Below, piece after piece: positions 58,136-64,000 of a stretch of DNA of 64,000 nt. Below the pieces are notes generated by a model. It ran no database searches and was not told the origin of the DNA. It was given only the letters and a program-made list of their open reading frames with translations. The number at the start of each line of letters is the position of its first letter. Position 1 is the first letter of the stretch. The stretch lies in assembly GCA_002269645.1 (NCBI GenBank), contig NIVC01000206.1, forward strand, positions 496,001 through 560,000. The letters run 5' to 3'. The position numbers and the translations under genes were made by a program. Origin of the DNA: Macrostomum lignano (taxonomy: Eukaryota).

Positions 58136-61100
58136 ATGGACTCTGCCTCTAGCAAGCCAGCAGCTTCCGGCAATGTTGACATTGGCAACAGTGGCGACAA
58201 GCGCGGTCAAGGGCGTCGATTGGCTCTGCTAAGTGTTACTGACAAGTCTGGCCTAGTTGACTTTGCTCGCCAGCTGGTTCAACAGCATGGCTACGATCTT
58301 GTATCTTCGGGTGGCACTGCGTCTGTCCTGTCTCAGGCTGGCATTCCTGTGCAAGAGGTAGGGTCACTGGGATTGGAAGCGAAGCCAGGACTTTTTATTG
58401 GTTCACTGAAGTGTCACTAAAAAAGCTTTGTTGGTCGCTGAAAAGTCCCAGAATGTTTAATGGGCCTCTAAAGTGTCCTCGAGGGTTTGGTGAGTCACTG
58501 AATTGTCATTGTAGGTTTGGTGAGTCACTGAATTGTCCTTGTAGGTTTGGTGAGTCACTGAATTGTCATTGTAGGTTTGGTGAGTCACTGAATTGTCCTT
58601 GTAGGTTTGGTGAGTCACTGAAATGTCCTTGAGGGTTTGGTGAGTCACTGAATTGTCATTGTAGGTTTGGTGAGTCACTGAATTGTCATTGTAGGTTTGG
58701 TGAGTCACTGAATTGTCCTTGTAGGTTTGGTGAGTCACTGAATTGTCATTGTAGGTTTGGTGAGTCACTGAATTGTCCTTGTAGGTTTGGTGAGTCACTG
58801 AAATGTCCTTGAGGGTTTGGTGAGTCACTGAATTGTCCTCGAGGGTTTGTGAGTCACTGAATTGTCCTTGAAGGTTTGGTGAGTCACTGAATTGTCATTG
58901 TAGGTTTGGTGAGTCACTGAATTGTCCTTGTAGGTTTGGTGAGTCACTGAATTGTCATTGTAGGTTTGGTGAGTCACTGAATTGTCCTTGTAGGTTTGGT
59001 GAGTCACTGAAATGTCCTTGAGGGTTTGGTGAGTCACTGAATTGTCCTCGAGGGTTTGTGAGTCACTGAATTGTCCTTGAAGGTTTGGTGAGTCACTGAA
59101 TTGTCATTGTAGGTTTGGTGAGTCACTGAATTGTCCTTGTAGGTTTGGTGAGTCACTGAATTGTCATTGTAGGTTTGGTGAGTCACTGAATTGTCCTTGT
59201 AGGTTTGGTGAGTCACTGAATTGTCATTGTAGGTTTGGTGAGTCACTGAATTGTCCTTGTAGGTTTGGTGAGTCACTGAAATATCCTTGAGGGTTTGGTG
59301 AGTCACTGAATTGTCCTCGAGGGTTTGTGAGTCACTGAATTGTCCTTGAAGGTTTGGTGAGTCACTGAATTGTCATTGTAGGTTTGGTGAGTCACTGAAA
59401 TGTCCTTGAGAGTTTAGTGACTCGCTGAAGTTTCCTTGTAATGTCGAACTCAAGGTTAAAAGTATAATCGATACCTCTGATCTCTTAATTTAATAAACTC
59501 ATCCACAAATAACATCTGCTCAAAAAACTGGTTGCATTCGGTCAGGTTAGCGATCTCACCGGCTTTCCCGAGATGCTGGGCGGCCGAGTCAAGACGCTTC
59601 ATCCGGCCATCCACGCCGGGATCCTGTCCCGCTCGGACAATCCCAGCGACGCGGCCGATATGTCGGCCAGAGGCCTGCGTCAAATTGACATGGTGGTCTG
59701 CAACCTGTACGCATTTCAATCCGTGGTGGCTTCGGACACCGTGGATCCCAGTCAAGCCATTGAAAGCGTAGACATCGGCGGCGTGGCTCTGCTACGCGCG
59801 GCCGCTAAGAATCATTGTCGAGTTGTTGTGGTCTGCCAGCCCGGAGACTATGACGCCATCCTGACTGAGCTGGCCGCTCCGGATGGCGGACACGAGGTGA
59901 CTGCGGCCACTCGAAAGCGGCTGGCTGTTCAAGCATTCTGTCACACGTCTGACTACGATGCTGCAATTGCGGGCTATTTTGGTCGGGCCTATTTTGGCCA
60001 ATATCAGGATATTAATTTCATACCGTTAAGGTGAGTTAATAGGGTCTGTCGTATTGCCTATCTACTACATACAGAAGAAATACAGTGGAAATAACAGAAT
60101 AGGTACTTTGCGTTTACAATTACATGCTAAATACTCTACTTATAGTAAAAATATGGGAATTGGGTTAGGGTTAGGGTTAGGGTTAGGGTGAGTAGGAAAT
60201 TTTCAAATTCAACAAAATTCGCATTGTTTTTTCTATTTGTGTTTATTTGGTTTTTGTTTATCCGCTGCAAGACACTAACCGCCTCCGGCCCCCAAAGAGG
60301 GCAGAATGTGCTAGTCCACATATACTAAATCAAAAGTAATTTCTTAGTAGCTAATTAAATATTCGCCTACACCACCCAGGTACGGCATGAATCCCCATCA
60401 GGTACCGGCCAGCATCTCTCATCCGCTTGGCCTCAGCCTGCCCATAGTAACCAAATGCGGCTCGCCAGGCTACGTGAATCTCCTAGACGCATTGAACGCC
60501 TGGCAACTCGTTCGAGAACTGCGCGAAGCTCTCGGCGCCCCGGCCGCTGCATCGTTTAAACACGTCTCGCCTGCCGGTGCGGCAATCGGCACCCTGCCGA
60601 TCGATCCGGAGACTGCAGCTGCTTGTATGGTGGCCGACCTCGCCGCCGAACTGACCCCGCTAGCCGTTGCCTACGCCAGAGCTCGCTCGGCCGATCGAAT
60701 GTCCTCCTTTGGCGACTTTATCGCCCTGTCCGACCCGTGCGACCTGGCCACGGCCAGGGTGATTTCTAGGGAAGTGTCGGATGGAATTATTGCGCCCGGC
60801 TACGAGCCCGACGCCTTTGAATTGTTGCAAAAGAAGAAGGGCGGCAAGTATTGCATACTGGCTATGGATCCGGACTTCCAGCCGCGTGAGTTGCCGGGAG
60901 GAGATAGATGAGGAAGAGACTGGAGAATAGATAAGGAAGAGACTGGAGAGTAAATGAGGGAGAGACTGGAGAATAGAAAAGGAAGAGACTGGAGAGTAGA
61001 TAGGGAGAGACTTGAGAGTAGATAGGGAGAGACTTGAGAGTAGATAGGGAGAGACTGGAGAGTAGATAGGGAGAGACTTGAGAGTAGATAGGGAGAGACT

Positions 61101-62147
61101 GGAGAGTAGATAGGGAGAGACTGGAGAGTAGATAGGGAGAGACTGGAGAGTAGATAGGGTGAGCCTTAAGAGTAGATGGGGAGGAGACTGGAGAGTAGAT
61201 GAAGGAGAAACGAGTGTAGATGGGGAAAGACTGGAGAGTAGATAGGTAGAGACTGGAGAGTAGATAGGGAGAGACTCGAGAGTCGATAGGGAGAGATTGG
61301 AGAGCAGATAAGGGAGATAGGGAGAGAATAAAATAGATATGGACAAAGTAGAGAGAGTACATGTGTAGATTAGCGAGTAGATTACCGTAAACTGGGCTTT
61401 AGAATGACAGCAAGCATCGGCTCTTAGGACAGGTCTCAAATGGCAGCCAGGGGTGAGTAAAAGTCAGTTCAGTTCAGTAGCTAAAAGTACATATTTTAGC
61501 GCCGCATTCCACCCGCAGCACTGGAAGAATCGCGCACCCTGTTCGGCCTCCGCCTGCGCCAGCGACGCAACGACGCTCGCATCGACCCGGCGGAGATGTT
61601 CGCCAAATTCTCCGCTGACGCTCGCCGCGACCTCACTGTGGCCACCATTGCCGTGAAGTACACGCAGTCCAACAGCGTGTGTCTGGCCAAGGACGGCCAA
61701 GTCGTGGGCATCGGCGCCGGGCAGCAGTCGCGAGTTCACTGCACCCGCCTGGCCGCCAGCAAAGCCGACAATTGGTGGCTGCGCCGGCATCCGAGGGCTG
61801 CTGAGTTGCGTTTTAAACGCGGCGTGAAACGACCGGAGATTGCTAATTATATCGATCGGTTCGTGGCCGACGAACTGCTGCCCGGCGATGCCGAGCTGCT
61901 GGAGGATGCGGCTACTCGGCCGCTGGGGCCTGAAGAGCGCCGGGATTGGCTGGAGAAGCTGACGGGCGTCTGTCTGAGTTCGGACGCGTTCTTCCCGTTC
62001 CGTGACAGCATCGACAGGGCGGCCAAGTCGGGCGTCAAATTTGTGTCGGCGCCGGGCGGCTCCGCTAACGACGCCGAAGTGCTGGAGGCTTGCGGTCAGC
62101 ACGGCATTGAGATCGCATTCTCTAATACTAGGCTGTTTCATCATTGA
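58136..62147 (+). CDS. ATIC: Bifunctional AICAR transformylase / IMP cyclohydrolase, 4 exons, 613 aa
   Basis: Exons 58136-58357, 59546-60030, 60380-60885, 61519-62147 (1842 nt, phases 0/2/1). Motifs [82 protein letters not shown]-terminal RLFHH. Confidence 0.97.
58470..59430. repeat. Intronic minisatellite, 30-bp unit GGTTTGGTGAGTCACTGAATTGTCATTGTA, about 31 copies, with an approximately 7-unit higher-order repeat
   Basis: Visible array in ATIC intron 1. Confidence 0.97.
60061..60314 (+). mobile_element. Miniature non-autonomous Helitron (254 bp) containing (TTAGGG)4, in ATIC intron 2
   Basis: A|TCTACTAC 5' end; 3' hairpin GCCCCC-AAA-GAGGGC, 8-nt spacer, CTAG|T; A/T target dinucleotide with no TSD. 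Confidence 0.7.
60900..61330. repeat. Intronic purine-rich minisatellite, 20-bp unit AGACTGGAGAGTAGATAGGG
   Basis: Visible array in ATIC intron 3. Confidence 0.95.
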
Positions 62148-62164
62148 GCGAGATTGACTAGCGA

Positions 62165-62830
62165 TTATCGGTTTTCGCTGATTGGTTTTTAGATAGTGTT
62201 GGTAGCAATTATCGATTTTTGTTAATTGGGTTCAGATTGTGTTGGTAGCAATTATCGATTTTTGTTAATTAGGTTTAGATAGTGTTAGTAGCAATTATAG
62301 ATTTTTGTTAATTGGGTTTAGATAGTGTTGGTAGCAATTATCAATTTTTGTTAATTACGTTTAGATTTTTATGTAGCGATTATCGATTTTTGTTAACTGG
62401 GTTTAGATAGTGTTGGTACCAATTATTAATTGTTGTTAATTAGGTTTAGATTGTGTTATGTAGCGATTATAGATTTTTGTTAATTGGGTTTAGATAGTGT
62501 TGGTACCAATTATTAATTGTTGTTAATTAGGTTTAGATTGTGTTATGTAGCGATTATCGATTTTTGTTAATTGGGTTTAGATAGTGTTGGTAGCAATTAT
62601 CAATTGTTGTTAATTAGGTTTAGATTGTGTTATGTAGCGATTATCGATTTTTGTTAATTGGGTTTAGATAGTGTTGGTAGCAATTATCAATTGTTGTTAA
62701 TTAGGTTTAGATTGTGTTATGTAGCGATTATCGATTTTTGTTGATTGTGTTGCTAGCAATTATAATTTTTTTGTTAATTTGGTTCAGTTTGTGTTTGTAG
62801 CAGGTTTAGTGTGTCAGGATTGTGTTAGGC
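62165..62830. repeat. Minisatellite of about 43-44-bp units with an 88-bp dimer, immediately 3' of the ATIC stop
   Basis: Repeated GGGTTTAGATAGTGTTGGTAGCAATTATCGATTTTTGTTAATT. Confidence 0.92.
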
Positions 62831-63679
62831 AGCGATTATCAATTTTTGTTAACTATCGGTTTCGTTTATTGATTATAGGAATAGCTTTCATTAGTTCCAA
62901 TTTCCAGCACGCTGATAATCGATATTTAAACTAATAAAATGAACTATGTTGCTATTAGTGAGTTAATTAAGTATCGATAATGATTGTCATTATCTATTTA
63001 GAGTTACTTCATTTTCGTTATTAATCGGTCGGTTATCGATTATTTATTGATTCTGTAGCTGCTTAACTATTTGGACCTGAATTATTCATCATTTCAAAAT
63101 TCCAAACTTCAAATTGCTGCTTGTCCCGGTTAAAGTTTTCTATAAATTGCGTTTGTTTTTTCAAGTAAATAATCTCGCAGCTGTTTTTGGCGCTAATAAC
63201 TAAATTATTATTAAAAGTAGCGCCACTGTACCGAAGCAAAGTTCGCTGTTTAAATTATATACAATTCGATAACCGCATTAACAGTTAAGATTCAATGCAA
63301 CACCTTTTTGCTATTGCTGACGTTTCTTTAAACCGAATGATTCTTTGTCCTTCAGTTGTTTTCTCGATTGACTTGTTAAAATGATTAACAATCATTATTA
63401 CCTATTATTATATTACCTACCTTTATTACCTACTAGCAACTGTTTTACTCATTGACCAATTTGGCGAAATCGATTCACTTGGGATTCATTCTATTCTAGA
63501 TTCGAGAATTTAGTGCGAGATTATCGATTGTAAAAATATCTTTCCTGTAATTTGTAAGAAATTCAGTACAAACACCTAGATGCTAATGAGCAGATGCAGC
63601 ATCCTAATTCTTTAAATTTCAACGCTTTGCTGCACAATTGTTTAGCATTTCAAGAACATAGACAGCAGCCTACAGGTCA

Positions 63680-64000
63680 TGGGACAGCACAAGTGGCTAT
63701 GGAAGCTCTTGCATGTCAATTGTGGTCATAATGACAGCACAAGTGGCTATGGAAGCTCTTGCAGGTCAATTGTGGTCATAATGACAGCACAAGTGGCTAT
63801 GGAAGCTCTTGCATGTCAATTGTGGTCATAATGACAGCACAAGTGGCTATGGAAGCTCTTGCATGTCAATTGTGGTCATAATGACAGCACAAGTGGCTAT
63901 GGAAGCTCTTGCATGTCAATTGTGGCCATAATGACAGCACAAGTGGCTATGGAAGCTCTTGCATGTCAATTGTGGCCATAATGACAGCACAAGTGGCTAT
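63680..64000. repeat. Minisatellite, 50-bp unit ATGACAGCACAAGTGGCTATGGAAGCTCTTGCATGTCAATTGTGGTCATA, runs off the window end
   Basis: At least 6 near-perfect copies. Confidence 0.97.

Noticed and set aside
58457-59306. THQTY-repeat ORFs on the minus strand
   Set aside because: 30-bp intronic array, antisense to ATIC.
59456-62144. Antisense and alternative-frame ORFs over ATIC (and similar ones over RTTN and the glycosyltransferases)
   Set aside because: They are shadows of GC-rich coding exons.

Overview
Repeat-rich eukaryotic (animal) genomic DNA with canonical GT-AG introns, CpG-rich exons, short (TTAGGG)n tracts and an intronic minisatellite in most introns. This style resembles the free-living flatworm Macrostomum (inference, not proven). 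Host genes on the + strand are the last two exons of UBL7 (2745-6478), a 12-exon rotatin (RTTN) whose N-terminal exon(s) I cannot place (41767-54942), an intronless COMMD3 (56274-56894) and a complete 4-exon ATIC/purH (58136-62147). Between UBL7 and RTTN lies a 35-kb accessory zone. It contains a spliced, truncated THAP/P-element transposase, a nest of CCATAGAC-bearing MITEs and two intronless paralogues of a CAP59/GT69-like glycosyltransferase that are candidates for horizontal acquisition. It also contains a CORE-type tRNA SINE, an internally deleted APE-RT-RNaseH LINE, a Merlin element with an 8-bp TSD, a decayed Penelope element with an inverted pLTR, and a nearly CpG-free domain. The zone ends with a 14-kb head-to-tail array of four non-autonomous Helitron-like units, each carrying its own minisatellites. 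No CRISPR, rRNA or true tRNA gene was seen. All calls are by-eye reading and recalled homology; no searches were run.
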